Shown: positions 8,918 to 19,569, counted from the first letter of the stretch. The stretch: DNA of 64,000 bases from Candidatus Limnocylindria bacterium (GCA_038233215.1 JBBSML010000012.1:1751-65750); one strand, 5' to 3'. Notes: generated by a model from the letters alone, not told the origin. A program made the numbers and translations.

Positions 8918-9712
8918 ATGAAGGGCCTTCTTCTCGCGGGTGGCAGCGGGTCGAGGCTCTTCCCGCTCACCCTTGTCACCAACAAGCATCTCCTGCCCGT
9001 CTACGACCGCCCGATGATCTACCACCCCCTCGAGACCCTCCGTGACATGGGCTGCCGGGAGGTGATGGTGGTTGTCGGCGGACGCTCGGTGGGCGACGTG
9101 CTCGAGCTCCTTCACGACGGTTCCGACGTCGGGCTGGATCTCACCTACCGATACCAGCGCGGCGCGCTGGGAATCGCGCACGCCATTGGCCTCGCCCGCG
9201 AGTTCGCGGGATCCGATCCGCTCGCGGTGGTCCTCGGAGACAACATCGTCCGCGGCTCGCTTCGCCAATTCGCGGACGAGTTCGTGGCAAGTACCGCTGC
9301 CGCGGGTGCGGTGCTGAAGGCCGTGCCCGATCCGCATCGGTTCGGTGTGGCGGAGTTCGGCGACGACGGCCGGGTCATCGGCTTCGAGGAGAAGCCGTCG
9401 AATCCGAAGTCGAACCGGATACCCATTGGCGTCTACCTCTTCCGGCCGAGCGTGTTCGACGTGCTCCGCAAGCTGCGACCGTCGGCCCGCGGAGAGTTCG
9501 AGATCACCGATGTCCTCAACCACTACGTTCGAGAGGGAAGCCTGATCGCCCACGACTTCGCCGGGGACTGGATGGACGCAGGGACGGTGGAGTCCCTGCT
9601 GGATGCCAACACGTTTGCCGCCGGCTACGCCGCCGAGCATCCGATCGAGACCGGCCGCAGCATCGCCGAGGTGGGAGCCGAGCCGGTCGACCCGGGATCG
9701 GTCCGGCCATGA
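8918..9712 (+). CDS. rmlA: glucose-1-phosphate thymidylyltransferase-like sugar nucleotidyltransferase
   Basis: MKGLLLAGGSGSRLFPLT...NKHLLPVYDRPMIYHPLETL, a nucleotidyltransferase N-terminal signature. It is the first gene of an rml operon and overlaps the next gene as ATGA. Confidence 0.75.
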   Translation: MKGLLLAGGSGSRLFPLTLVTNKHLLPVYDRPMIYHPLETLRDMGCREVMVVVGGRSVGDVLELLHDGSDVGLDLTYRYQRGALGIAHAIGLAREFAGSDPLAVVLGDNIVRGSLRQFADEFVASTAAAGAVLKAVPDPHRFGVAEFGDDGRVIGFEEKPSNPKSNRIPIGVYLFRPSVFDVLRKLRPSARGEFEITDVLNHYVREGSLIAHDFAGDWMDAGTVESLLDANTFAAGYAAEHPIETGRSIAEVGAEPVDPGSVRP

Positions 9713-10731
9713 GGCTGCTCGTGACCGGCGGTGCCGGGTTCATCGGCTCGTCGTTCGTCCGCCGCGCCATGGCGCGGCCCGCCGTCGATCAGCTGACGGT
9801 CATCGACAAGCTCACGTACGCCGGCAACCCGGCCAACCTGGCGGAGGTCGCGGGTGACCCGCGCTACCGCTTCCTGCATGCCGACATCAACGACGCCGAG
9901 GTCGTCACCGGCCTGATGCGCGACGCCGACGCGGTGGTAAATTTCGCTGCCGAGTCGCATGTCGACCGCAGCATCGAGGAGGCCGACGCCTTCGTCCGCA
10001 CCGACGTCAACGGCACGTTCACTCTCCTCGAAGCAGCCCGCGCGACCGGCGTCGCCCGGTTCGTGCAGGTGAGCACCGATGAGGTGTACGGCGACGTTCC
10101 CGAGGGCAGCTCCAGCGAAGCCGATGCGCTCCGTCCGCGAAGCCCGTACGCGGCGAGCAAGGCAGCCGCAGACCTCCTGGCGCTCGCGTATCACACTACC
10201 CACGGCGTCCCGGTGATGATCACCCGCGGGAGCAATACCTACGGACCGAGACAGTTTCCGGAGAAGATAATCCCGCTGTTCATCACCAATGCCATCGACC
10301 ACGAGCCGTTGCCGCTCTACGGCGATGGGCTCCAGGTCCGCGACTGGCTGCACGTCGACGACCATTGCGCGGCGGTCGAGGCGGTGCTGGATCGGGGGAC
10401 AGCGGGCGAGATCTACAACGCCGGCGGCACGGCCAGCTTGACGAACCTTGAGCTGACACGGTGGCTACTCGGCCTGCTGGACCGCCCCGAGTCGCTCATC
10501 CGGCACGTGGCTGATCGTCCGGGACACGATCGGCGGTACGCGCTCGACAGCTCGAGGCTGCGGGCGCTCCGATGGCAGCCGCGGGTCGCCCTCGAAGACG
10601 GGCTTGCCGCGACCGTCGATTGGTATCAGCAGAACGAGGCTTGGTGGCGGCCCATCAAGGACGGCTCGTTCCGCGACTACTATCGGCGCCTGTATGCGGA
10701 ACGACTCGCGACGTCCACGGCCGCGTGGTGA
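9709..10731 (+). CDS. rmlB: dTDP-glucose 4,6-dehydratase
   Basis: MRLLVTGGAGFIGSSFVRR...; YAASKAAADLL (YxxxK); extended SDR fold. Confidence 0.85.
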   Translation: MRLLVTGGAGFIGSSFVRRAMARPAVDQLTVIDKLTYAGNPANLAEVAGDPRYRFLHADINDAEVVTGLMRDADAVVNFAAESHVDRSIEEADAFVRTDVNGTFTLLEAARATGVARFVQVSTDEVYGDVPEGSSSEADALRPRSPYAASKAAADLLALAYHTTHGVPVMITRGSNTYGPRQFPEKIIPLFITNAIDHEPLPLYGDGLQVRDWLHVDDHCAAVEAVLDRGTAGEIYNAGGTASLTNLELTRWLLGLLDRPESLIRHVADRPGHDRRYALDSSRLRALRWQPRVALEDGLAATVDWYQQNEAWWRPIKDGSFRDYYRRLYAERLATSTAAW

Positions 10732-11582
10732 CCCGCGTCGTCGTCATCGGGGCTGCCGGCCTCCTCGGTCGCGAGCTGTGCGGAGCGTTTTTGAAGAGCG
10801 GCCACGAGGTCATACCGCTGACACGCGCCGACGTCGATCTCGCCGACCCCGCGTCCCTCGGGCCCATCAGAACAGCGCGGGCCGATATCGTCATCAATGC
10901 CGCCGCTTGGACTGACGTGGACGGGTGTGCTCGCGACCCGGATCGAGCGCAGCTGATCAACGGCGCAGGGCCTGGAGGTGTGGCTGGGGCGAGTGCCGAG
11001 GGAGGGGCGCTGATGATCCAGGTCAGCACGAACGAGGTATTCGACGGGCGAGAGGAACGGACGTATGCGGAGAACGACGTGCCGAATCCAATCAACCCGT
11101 ACGGTGCATCCAAGGCCGCGGGCGAGCGCGCGGTGATGGCCGCGACGGACCGTCACCTGATCGTGCGGACGGCGTGGCTCTTCGGACCCGATCGTGGATT
11201 CCCTGCGCGCATCAGACAGGCCGCGGACCGCGCCCACTCATCCGGCGAATCACTGCGGGTCGTGGACGACGAGTGGGGAAACCCCACGCTCGCCAGTTCG
11301 CTCGCGGCGGCGATGGTGGATGCCGCCCAGCTCGCCCTTGGGAGCCCCGCTCTTCGGGTACTGCACCTGGCGGGATCGCCGCCCGCCACTCGGTGGGAAT
11401 GGGCGCAGCAGATCCTCGCTCATCATCCGGTCGACATCCGGGCGATCCACCACGTGGAGTACGTCCGAGCTTCCGCCGTCCCGTATCACGCCGTCCTCGC
11501 GCTTGACCTTGCACGGTCGCTCGGGCTGGCAGAGATCGACTGGCGGACGGTGGCGAGAGGTACCGTCGATGCTCCGAGCTGA
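10728..11582 (+). CDS. rmlD: dTDP-4-dehydrorhamnose reductase
   Basis: GTG start at 10728 overlaps the rmlB stop as GTGA. VTRVVVIGAAGLLGRELCGAF...PYGASKAAGE. Confidence 0.8.
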   Translation: MTRVVVIGAAGLLGRELCGAFLKSGHEVIPLTRADVDLADPASLGPIRTARADIVINAAAWTDVDGCARDPDRAQLINGAGPGGVAGASAEGGALMIQVSTNEVFDGREERTYAENDVPNPINPYGASKAAGERAVMAATDRHLIVRTAWLFGPDRGFPARIRQAADRAHSSGESLRVVDDEWGNPTLASSLAAAMVDAAQLALGSPALRVLHLAGSPPATRWEWAQQILAHHPVDIRAIHHVEYVRASAVPYHAVLALDLARSLGLAEIDWRTVARGTVDAPS

Positions 11583-12120
11583 ACGCACCGCGCTCGAGGG
11601 CGTGCAGATCCTCACTCCGGGCGTCCACGCGGATCGGCGTGGATTCCTTGTCGAGTCATATCGCGCGGCCGAGCTGGCCACGGCAGGCATCACCAACCCG
11701 TTCATCCAAGAGAATCACTCGCGATCAGTACGCGGCGCGCTCCGCGGGCTCCACTTCCAGGCCCCGCCGGGCCAGGCCAAGCTGGTGCGCGTGGCACGCG
11801 GTGCCATCCTAGACGTCGTCGTCGACATCCGTCGCTCCTCCCCGACCTTCGGACAACACGTGGCGGTCACCCTCGACGACGCCCTGCACCGCCAGCTGTA
11901 CATTCCGACCGGGTTCGCGCACGGATTCATGGTGCTGACCGAGGACGCGGACGTCATGTACCGACTTGATCGGTACTACGACCCGGCTCTCGAGCGTGGG
12001 GTCGCGTGGGATGACCCGGCCCTCGCCATCGAGTGGCCAGTGGAGAACCCGACGCTCTCCGAACGCGACCGCGCCAATCCGCTGCTGGCCGCCCTCCCCG
12101 CCGAACTTACTGACTGGTGA
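11568..12120 (+). CDS. rmlC: dTDP-4-dehydrorhamnose 3,5-epimerase (cupin)
   Basis: MLRAERTALEGVQILTPGVHADRRGFLVESY...RGLHFQAPPGQAKLVRVARGAILDVVVDIRRSSPTFGQH; start overlaps the rmlD 3' end. Confidence 0.85.
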
Positions 12121-12819
12121 CTCGTGGCCGGCGCAGCCGGCCCACCAGGTGCGATCGCAGTGGCGGGATGAGCTCCAACGGTCCGTACAGGATCCTCGTC
12201 AGCGGACCCAGCCGTCGCGCGACGGGGGGCAGCAGCGTCACTGCACGCAGTTCGGACAGCCAACCGGGAAAGAGCTGGGCGAGGCGCGAACGGCCGATCC
12301 CGTGCACCGCGCGGTTGGACGGATTGCCGAGCCGGAGGTCGTACCAGACGAGCCATCCGCCTCGCGCCAGCACCCGCGCGATCTCCGCCGCCACAGCCTC
12401 CTCGAGCTGCCCTGATGGGAGGGACGAGAACAGGGTCGAGGTGACTACCACGTCAAACGCCGCGGTATCAAACGGAAGACGGTCCGCAGAAGCCTCGACG
12501 AATTCGGCCCACGACATGGACGACGCGGCCGCAGCGACCGCCCCGGGATCCAGGTCAGCGCCCGTCCAGGATACGATCGGCAGGCCGGCGTCGCGGGCCA
12601 CCTCGGCCAAACGACCGTTCCCCATGCCGAGGTCGAGAACGCGGCCACCACCCTCGGGGAGGCTGCGACCAAGGACGCTCACGAGCGCCCGGTCGCGGTC
12701 GTGGACCATCCGCGCGAATCCGCGGTTCCGCAGGTCCCAGATCCGAACTCGCCCGTTGGCCCGGTAGCGCCGATACGTCTCGCGGATCGCCTCGAGATCG
12801 CGGTCGCGGTCACTCATCC
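12107..12819 (-). CDS. class I SAM-dependent methyltransferase
   Basis: Motif I VLDLGMGNGRLAEVA. The start is placed at MSDRDRDLEAIRETYRRY (cat 12817-12819), not at the upstream extension of ORF 12107..13204, because the next gene overlaps there. Confidence 0.65.
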
Positions 12820-13815
12820 CCGCGGAGCACCGGCGACGGCTGCGGACGCGCGGACGCGATTCGCGAGCCTTTGCCACTGGGCGGCCGCGGACAGGGTGCC
12901 CATGCCATACGCCAGGTGCATGACGAGCGCTACAACCGGCAACAACACGCGTGCGGTCAGCCCGGACGCCGGCACTCGGACGGCGAAGATGCACGCCGCC
13001 AGCAGCCATGATGCACCGAGGACGACGAGCGGGAGCCACCACCCCAGAAGCGCGAGTGCGCAACCAATGATCAGCGCCAGGACGAAGACCGCCGGCACGA
13101 AGTGACGCCATCGGATGGCCGATGGGCGGATGGTGGCGAGAGCAACCTTCCAGAACCCGTATCCGTGGTACTGCCGCCAGATGCCCACCAGGGAGTCGCG
13201 GCACCGGTAGGTCGACCGGATGGAAGGTTCGAGCCGGATCCGAAGGCCGGCTTCGCGAATGCGAGCGTTGAGGTCATCGTCCTCGGTCCGGAGTAGGGCC
13301 CGGTTATATCGCCCGACGCGATCGAAGACATCGCGACGGTACACGCCTAGGTAGACCGACTCCACGTCCCGCGCGTCGCCAGCGAAGTGAAACTGCGAGT
13401 CTCCGACGCCGAACGGCGACTGGAGAAGGGCGGCCATCGCACGGCCGATCACTGTCGATCCGACGGGCCGCATCGGTCCACCGGCGACAGCGATGGCGCG
13501 GTCCGTGAGCACCTCCGCCGCACGCTGAAGGTAGTCAGGGGCGATTCGAGCCTGGGCGTCGACGAGGGCCACCAGATCAGCGCTGATGGCATTGAGGGCG
13601 ACGTTGATCGCGGAGGCTCGATCGCCCTCGGGGTTACTGAGAACACGCACACCGGGGGCCATCAAGCCCGTCGCCACGTTGTGTGTGTCATCACTCGAGG
13701 GACCGACCATGATCACCACGTCGTCGGGGATCCAAGATTGACCCGTGACCGCAGCGAGACAGTCCGGAAGCAGGTGTGCTGCGTCCCGTGCCGGGACGAC
13801 CACGGCAACGGTCAT
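12814..13815 (-). CDS. GT2 glycosyltransferase with C-terminal transmembrane helices (polyprenyl-phosphate sugar synthase-like, GtrB/ArnC/DPM type)
   Basis: MTVAVVVPARDAAHLLPDCLAAV...; D-x-D region; TEDDDLNARIR; C-terminal about 90 aa has 2-3 predicted TM helices. Overlaps its neighbours by 4-6 nt (translational coupling). Confidence 0.7.
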   Translation of the reverse strand: MTVAVVVPARDAAHLLPDCLAAVTGQSWIPDDVVIMVGPSSDDTHNVATGLMAPGVRVLSNPEGDRASAINVALNAISADLVALVDAQARIAPDYLQRAAEVLTDRAIAVAGGPMRPVGSTVIGRAMAALLQSPFGVGDSQFHFAGDARDVESVYLGVYRRDVFDRVGRYNRALLRTEDDDLNARIREAGLRIRLEPSIRSTYRCRDSLVGIWRQYHGYGFWKVALATIRPSAIRWRHFVPAVFVLALIIGCALALLGWWLPLVVLGASWLLAACIFAVRVPASGLTARVLLPVVALVMHLAYGMGTLSAAAQWQRLANRVRASAAVAGAPRG

Positions 13816-14747
13816 CGGCGCGGATCCTCGTCGTTGGCCGCCGACCACAGGGCTCGCCAGGCCCGACGCGCTCCGGCCCGCAGTGACAGAGTCATGCCAA
13901 CGGCCCGCAGCCAGAGAAGAAGCAGCGCCAGCACCGAGCCGCCCGGGCCGTACCACTTGCCCAGGTACTGGCGCATCGACCGCGCGTGGAGCGGCCCGAA
14001 GTGGTAGTCCTCCGAGCTGCTCGCGCCACCGATGTGGGTCACCACCGCCGAAGGCACGTAGCGGATCGGCATTCCCGCCGCGGCGGCGCGCCGGCAGAGG
14101 TCGGCATCCTCGAAGTACATGAAGAACCTCTCGTCGAAGCCGCCAAGCTCCCCAAAGGCTTCACGACCGATGGCGAAGCAGGCGCCAGATACCATGTTGG
14201 TATCGATCGTCTCGGTGGCGGTCTCCGCGCTCGCATACTCCCGCGCGAGGCGCGAATGCCGTAGCAATGCGCCAATGCTTGGGACCCGACGTACCCAGTT
14301 TCCAATGGCGTGCAGCCCGAGCATTCGAATGATGAGATCGGATGGCTCTGGAAGGAGCCCGGCAGAACGCTGAATGGAATCGCCGGGTTCGATGAGGCGC
14401 GGGCCGACAACCCCTCGACCATTCCACCTGCGGACTTCACTAAGGATCTCGCCGAGTGAAGTTCCGGAAATGGCCGCGTCGCTATTCAAGAAGACCAGCG
14501 TCGCGCCGTTAGCCGCCCTCGCGCCAATGTTGGCCGCTGCACCGAAGCCGCCGTTCTGAAAACTTTCTAGGACAACGATCCCCCTTGCCTGTAGACCTTT
14601 TAGTCTCTCCACCGTATCGTCGTGAGATGCGTTATCGATGACCACCACTTCGTCGGCCCCTGCCGACAGCGCACTTAGCGCCGCGCTTTCTGTCAGGGCT
14701 GGCGTTCGATAGCTCGCTATGATCGCGCTCGATCGGACTATCTGCAT
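13812..14747 (-). CDS. GT2 family glycosyltransferase (WbbL/rhamnosyltransferase-like)
   Basis: SAIIASYRTP...VVVIDNASHDDT...FFMYFEDADLCRR. Start at MQIVRSS (cat 14745-14747); the longer ORF to 15299 is antisense to the divergent GT2. Confidence 0.7.
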   Translation of the reverse strand: MQIVRSSAIIASYRTPALTESAALSALSAGADEVVVIDNASHDDTVERLKGLQARGIVVLESFQNGGFGAAANIGARAANGATLVFLNSDAAISGTSLGEILSEVRRWNGRGVVGPRLIEPGDSIQRSAGLLPEPSDLIIRMLGLHAIGNWVRRVPSIGALLRHSRLAREYASAETATETIDTNMVSGACFAIGREAFGELGGFDERFFMYFEDADLCRRAAAAGMPIRYVPSAVVTHIGGASSSEDYHFGPLHARSMRQYLGKWYGPGGSVLALLLLWLRAVGMTLSLRAGARRAWRALWSAANDEDPRR

Positions 14748-14774
14748 ACTTTGCTTCGCAGCCGGTAGATCGTT

Positions 14775-15710
14775 TTGATTCTCAGCCATCCCGAACTCTC
14801 CGTCCTCATCGTCAATTACAACTCCACGAACTTGTTGCGGAAATGCTTGGCTTCGCTCACTGCCAGCACCATCGCGGACCGTCTCGAGGTGATCGTGGTG
14901 GACAACGCTTCCGCAGACTTCGACGCGCCGGCCATCGGGATGGAGTTTCCATGGGCGCGCCTGCTGCCGCAGACGACGAACACGACATGGACCGGCGGCA
15001 ACAACATCGCTTTCGATGTATCTTCCGCGCCCCTGGTCCTCCTGCTTAACCCGGACACTGAGGTGGAGCCCGAAGCGCTCGAACGAGCGGTTCAGCATCT
15101 TCGGGACGACGCTTCGCTCGTCGGTTTGGGAGCGATCCTCATCGGACCAGACGGCAACCTCCAGCACTACTACCGACGGCTCCCGACCGTCCTCGATCTC
15201 CCGATCATTTTGTTCGAACCGATCTTCCGCCGCACTAAGCGCGGAAAGCACTACCTCATGCTCGACGAGGCATTTGATCGTCCAACAGTGGTGCCCCAAC
15301 CGCCGGGGGCGTTTCTCCTCTTTCGGCGAGCCGCAGCCCGTTATCCGCTGCTAGATCCCCAGTACTTCAACTTTGTCAGTGATCTTGACCTATGTCGCGA
15401 TCTCAACCGGTCTGGGCAGTTGGTAGTCTTCCCGGATGTCCGGACGTATCACGTGCGCGCGAATGCAGGCGTCGGATCAAAGAACCCTCGGACCCGTCTC
15501 ACACTGGCCCACGACTTCGGATATGGCGTCCGTTACTACTTCAACAAGTTCGCATCGCCGCCCGAACGCCTTCTTGCTAGTTTGGCCGTAATCGTCTATT
15601 GGGGTACGCGAATGGCTCGTCTTGCGATTCGCCGACCAGCGATCGCAAGCGCTGCGGCCATGCAACTTTTTCGCGCGATCCGCGACGAGCCGCCGTCTTA
15701 CCGATCCTGA
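14775..15710 (+). CDS. GT2 family glycosyltransferase
   Basis: TTG start. PELSVLIVNYNSTNLLRKCLASL...VVDNASAD, a classical GT2 N-terminus. Confidence 0.7.
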   Translation: MILSHPELSVLIVNYNSTNLLRKCLASLTASTIADRLEVIVVDNASADFDAPAIGMEFPWARLLPQTTNTTWTGGNNIAFDVSSAPLVLLLNPDTEVEPEALERAVQHLRDDASLVGLGAILIGPDGNLQHYYRRLPTVLDLPIILFEPIFRRTKRGKHYLMLDEAFDRPTVVPQPPGAFLLFRRAAARYPLLDPQYFNFVSDLDLCRDLNRSGQLVVFPDVRTYHVRANAGVGSKNPRTRLTLAHDFGYGVRYYFNKFASPPERLLASLAVIVYWGTRMARLAIRRPAIASAAAMQLFRAIRDEPPSYRS

Positions 15711-15872
15711 TCGGTACATAGTTGACCGCCCGATCGGCAACATGGCTGCGGGCGGCAAAATCAAGGAGCGCGGCAACTCCGCCAACGCCATCGAACTTGC
15801 CGTGGCGGAGCCGGCCAACACCTGCCGGTGCCTTCATACAAGGTGCCTGGAACGATGCACCCACTACCTTGC

Positions 15873-16538
15873 TCACTTCCCCGGCCGCACCAAGACAAAC
15901 CATTCCGCGGCTAACCACTCGTCGCTGATCCCCCTAGTGGCACGACCCAAGACTGACCGTAGGTGACCCAGCACAGTGCTTTGTGGGTAGCCCCATCGCT
16001 CAGGCTTCCACCCCGCCTGTTCAAGAAGCTCACGTAGATTAGACCTGGTGAAAAAGCGGATGTGAGTCGAATCGAATGTGCCTGACGCTTCGGGCCGAAA
16101 TCCGGCACCGACGGCGATCCGTGCGAGAGCCCTGACGTTTCGAATGTTCGGAATTGAGATCAGTAGGCTCCCTTGTGGCTCAACGACTAATTGCCGAAGC
16201 GCCGCTAGCACCGACCCAGGATCAAGGAGGTGCTCCAGGACATCGGCACAAATGATCAAGTCGAATGGACCGGCAACGTCGGCAATTACACCCTCGACTG
16301 TAGCCCTGTGCACCTCATCGAAGCGCTGCGCCGCAAGTTCGCTGCTCTCTTCGTCCGGCTCGATACCGACGATCGTGGCGGCACCACGGGCGCGCAGCCA
16401 TGGAGCGTTGGCTCCAGCTCCGCATCCCACCTCCAGGACAGACGCGTACTCAGTTCCACCCATCCAATCAAGAAGATCCAGTCTCGGTGTCCCGTAGTAC
16501 TCAGTCCTACTTTTATCAGTGGGTGGAGCATCCCTCAC
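15873..16538 (-). CDS. class I SAM-dependent methyltransferase
   Basis: VLEVGCGAGANAPWL...LIICADVLEHLLDP. Confidence 0.7.
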   Translation of the reverse strand: MRDAPPTDKSRTEYYGTPRLDLLDWMGGTEYASVLEVGCGAGANAPWLRARGAATIVGIEPDEESSELAAQRFDEVHRATVEGVIADVAGPFDLIICADVLEHLLDPGSVLAALRQLVVEPQGSLLISIPNIRNVRALARIAVGAGFRPEASGTFDSTHIRFFTRSNLRELLEQAGWKPERWGYPQSTVLGHLRSVLGRATRGISDEWLAAEWFVLVRPGK

Positions 16539-17950
16539 AATTCACCTCCGCGATGTAACGCGTACAACCGCGGCCACGCGACAGCTCCAGATGCAATAGC
16601 CGCAAGCCCGAACCAAACGGATGTGACAATCGGATCGAGGCCAGACGCCAAGAGCAGCGACGATGCGGCAGCGATGGCGAGAGTTACTATCTGCAGCCGG
16701 CCCGGCCCGGTAGGGACATGTGGACGGACGAGGAGCCAGACACCTACGTAATAGATCGCCTGGGACATTGCATATCCGATCCCTGCTCCAGCCAAACCTA
16801 ATGCTTCCACCGCAATGATTGTCCCCGCGATGAGGGTCGAGCCTCCGATGAGTTCAGCGGAGAAATACGAGAACCCGCGGCCGCGTGCTAGTAATCCGAA
16901 CACGAGGACCCACGCTGGTAGACGGACGAGATCTCCGATGAGCTGCCATTTGAGCACCTCGTATGCCGGAACGAATTCCGGCGAGTACAGCAACTCCATC
17001 AAGAAAGGTCCTGTCGCCAATATCATGAGGATGACTGGAATGCCAAGTCCCATGACTAGACGCATGCGGCGTTCGACCAAAGTCGCCAGCTTGAGCGGGC
17101 TGGAGGCCGCGGAGACGCGCGGTAGATAGTCCTGCATCATCATCGAAAGAAAGACCGTGAGATATCCGATCGAGATGGCCGACGCGGCGCGATAGTGGCC
17201 CACGTCTAAGGTGCTCAACATGTTGAGCACAACGATGGGAATGAGAAGTTGAGCCCCTATCCCAGCCAGCTGACTTCCTTGGATAGGGAGACCTATCCAA
17301 AAGAGATGTGCGGCCTCGGGAATAACGTTCGACCCCGACTCTCGCGGCAGCGCATGACCTCTCGAGAGTGCGATCCGCGATAGCGTTATCTGTACTGCGG
17401 CGGTGACGAGTAGCGCAGGCGCCAATCCAGCCCCACCAAAGATGGCGACAAGCGACACTCCTAATGCCGCTGCAGCCACGGATGTTCCTATATTGATTCC
17501 GGCGACGGTTCGGATCCGGTGAAGACCGGTCAGCACGGCAATCTGCACGCCACCCGCCACGGTCAGCAGAAGCGCCGGCGCCAGGACAACCGGCACGAAA
17601 CTCTGCTCGACGGATCCTAGAAGGAGAACCGCGATGGGTTCTCGAAAGACAACGAGCCCTGCGGCTCCAATAGCGCCGCCCCCAAGCCCGACCAGAAGTC
17701 CAGCGCGCTCGACACTGGAAGGACCTCCCTTGCCGTGCGACGCAGCGCTTGCTGTGGCCCGGATTACGCTCGTCCCGAGGCCGACGCTGGCTAGGATGAC
17801 ACCGAGGTTCAGAAGGGACTGCATCAATGCCAACAGGCCCACGCCATTTGCGCCGATGAGGAGCGCGAGCGCCTTCGCAGCAATCACACTCAGTGCGAGT
17901 GTCACGACTGATCCGAAACCTACGATAGCCGTCACTCGTAGAGGAGCCAT
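16535..17950 (-). CDS. polysaccharide/O-unit flippase (MOP superfamily, Wzx-like)
   Basis: About 14 TM helices with a Gly/Ala-rich hydrophobic profile typical of Wzx. Start uncertain (MAPLRV at 17950, or 18034). Confidence 0.6.
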   Translation of the reverse strand: MAPLRVTAIVGFGSVVTLALSVIAAKALALLIGANGVGLLALMQSLLNLGVILASVGLGTSVIRATASAASHGKGGPSSVERAGLLVGLGGGAIGAAGLVVFREPIAVLLLGSVEQSFVPVVLAPALLLTVAGGVQIAVLTGLHRIRTVAGINIGTSVAAAALGVSLVAIFGGAGLAPALLVTAAVQITLSRIALSRGHALPRESGSNVIPEAAHLFWIGLPIQGSQLAGIGAQLLIPIVVLNMLSTLDVGHYRAASAISIGYLTVFLSMMMQDYLPRVSAASSPLKLATLVERRMRLVMGLGIPVILMILATGPFLMELLYSPEFVPAYEVLKWQLIGDLVRLPAWVLVFGLLARGRGFSYFSAELIGGSTLIAGTIIAVEALGLAGAGIGYAMSQAIYYVGVWLLVRPHVPTGPGRLQIVTLAIAAASSLLLASGLDPIVTSVWFGLAAIASGAVAWPRLYALHRGGEL

Positions 17951-18113
17951 GGAGGCGTCAGATTGGCTAAGCTCTTCCGCCTCCCTTGACACCAGCGCAC
18001 GATAGCGCAGTCGTATCTGCTTGCACCTGTCCATTCAGGCCACTGCGGACCGGTAGTGCTGCTAGAACAGCTACCGCCGGTCTAGCCTGCTGCCCCATGA
18101 CTCTGAGGCACCC

Positions 18114-19289
18114 GTGAGCTCAGCCGAGCAGGAAATCATCCCCTTCCACCGCCCCTCCATTGGCGACCGCGAGATCGCGGCCGCCGTGGAGGTGCTCGAG
18201 TCCGGCTGGCTCACTACCGGATCGAAGGCGCATGCGCTGGAGGCGGCGATCGCGAAGCGCATCGGCGTGACGCATGCGCTGGCGGTGAACAGCGCAACCG
18301 CGGCGCTGCATCTGGCGCTCGACGCCTGGGGTATCGGTCCCGGCGACGAGGTCGTCATCCCCACCACCACCTTCACCTCGTGCGGCGAAGTGTGCGCCTA
18401 CCTGGGCGCGCGGGTCGTGCTGGCCGACGTCGGCGAGGACGCGCTCCTGGGTCCGGCCCAGCTCGAAGCCGTCGTGACCGATGCGACCCGCGTCGTCATG
18501 CCGGTCCACTTCGCGGGGCAGGCCGTCGATGTCGCGGCGCTGCGTGGGATCGCCCCGAACGTTCGCTTCCTGGAGGACGCCGCGCACGCCCTGCCGGCCG
18601 ACGTCCGGGGTGTGCCAACCGGGCGGCTCGGGGATGCCGCCGCCTTCAGCTTCTATGCCACCAAGACGATGACCACCGGCGGCGAGGGCGGCATGCTCGT
18701 GACCGATGACGACGCCGTCGCCGAGCGCGCCCGCCTCATGCGCCTGCATGGCATCAGCGCCGACGCCTGGAACCGGTACGGCGCCGGCGGCACATGGGCA
18801 TACGAGGTCGTAGAGGCCGGCTACAAGTACAACCTGACGGATCTCGCTGCGGCTATCGGCCTCGTGCAGCTGGAGCGACTGGATGAGCTGGCCGATGCGC
18901 GCGCCGCCATCGCCGCTCGCTACGACGGTGCCTTCGCGGAATCGGCGCTGCTCGACCCGCCACCGCGCCGAGACGGTGACCGGCACGCGTGGCATCTCTA
19001 CGTCCTTCGCCTCAACCTGGATGCGCTGACCATCGATCGCGCGAAGGTGATCGAGCGGCTGTCGGAGGCAGGCATCGGCGCAGCGGTCCACTTCATCCCG
19101 CTGCACCTGCATCCGCACTACCAGCAGCGCTACGGCTACACGCCCGGCGACTTCCCTGTGGCCGAGGACATCTTCGAGCGCTCCATCTCCTTGCCAATCT
19201 GGCCGGGCATGACCGAAGCCCAGGTGGAGCGCGTCGCCGCGACGCTCCTCGAGATCTGCGAGGCTGCACGCCGCCCCGCCGAGGTCTGA
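18114..19289 (+). CDS. DegT/DnrJ/EryC1/StrS-family PLP-dependent sugar aminotransferase (PglE/WecE-like)
   Basis: IPFHRPSIGDREIAAAVEVLESGWLTTG...FYATKTMTTGGEGGMLVTDD, the canonical family motifs. Confidence 0.85.
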   Translation: MSSAEQEIIPFHRPSIGDREIAAAVEVLESGWLTTGSKAHALEAAIAKRIGVTHALAVNSATAALHLALDAWGIGPGDEVVIPTTTFTSCGEVCAYLGARVVLADVGEDALLGPAQLEAVVTDATRVVMPVHFAGQAVDVAALRGIAPNVRFLEDAAHALPADVRGVPTGRLGDAAAFSFYATKTMTTGGEGGMLVTDDDAVAERARLMRLHGISADAWNRYGAGGTWAYEVVEAGYKYNLTDLAAAIGLVQLERLDELADARAAIAARYDGAFAESALLDPPPRRDGDRHAWHLYVLRLNLDALTIDRAKVIERLSEAGIGAAVHFIPLHLHPHYQQRYGYTPGDFPVAEDIFERSISLPIWPGMTEAQVERVAATLLEICEAARRPAEV

Positions 19290-19338
19290 CCAGCACGGAC
19301 ACTCAAACTTTCACGCATCATGATGCTACAATGCGTGC

Positions 19339-19569
19339 ATGCGCACGACAGTGACCCTAGACGAGGATGTCGCGGCTGCGGTGAAGCGACTCCGGCGAGA
19401 GGACGGGCTTGGCGTCAGCGAGGCGCTGAACCAGATCGCTCGGGCTGGGCTTGCCCACAAGGAAGCGCGAACGCCGTTCAGGCAGCGCACTGTCAAGATG
19501 GGCCTCCTGGTGGACGTTTCCAATGTCGCGGAAGCCATCGACCTGGCCGAAGGTGCCAGCCATCGCTGA
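19339..19569 (+). CDS. vapB: ribbon-helix-helix antitoxin (VapB-like)
   Basis: MRTTVTLDEDVAAAVKRL...; 76 aa; its stop overlaps the vapC ATG (ATGA). Confidence 0.7.
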   Translation: MRTTVTLDEDVAAAVKRLRREDGLGVSEALNQIARAGLAHKEARTPFRQRTVKMGLLVDVSNVAEAIDLAEGASHR

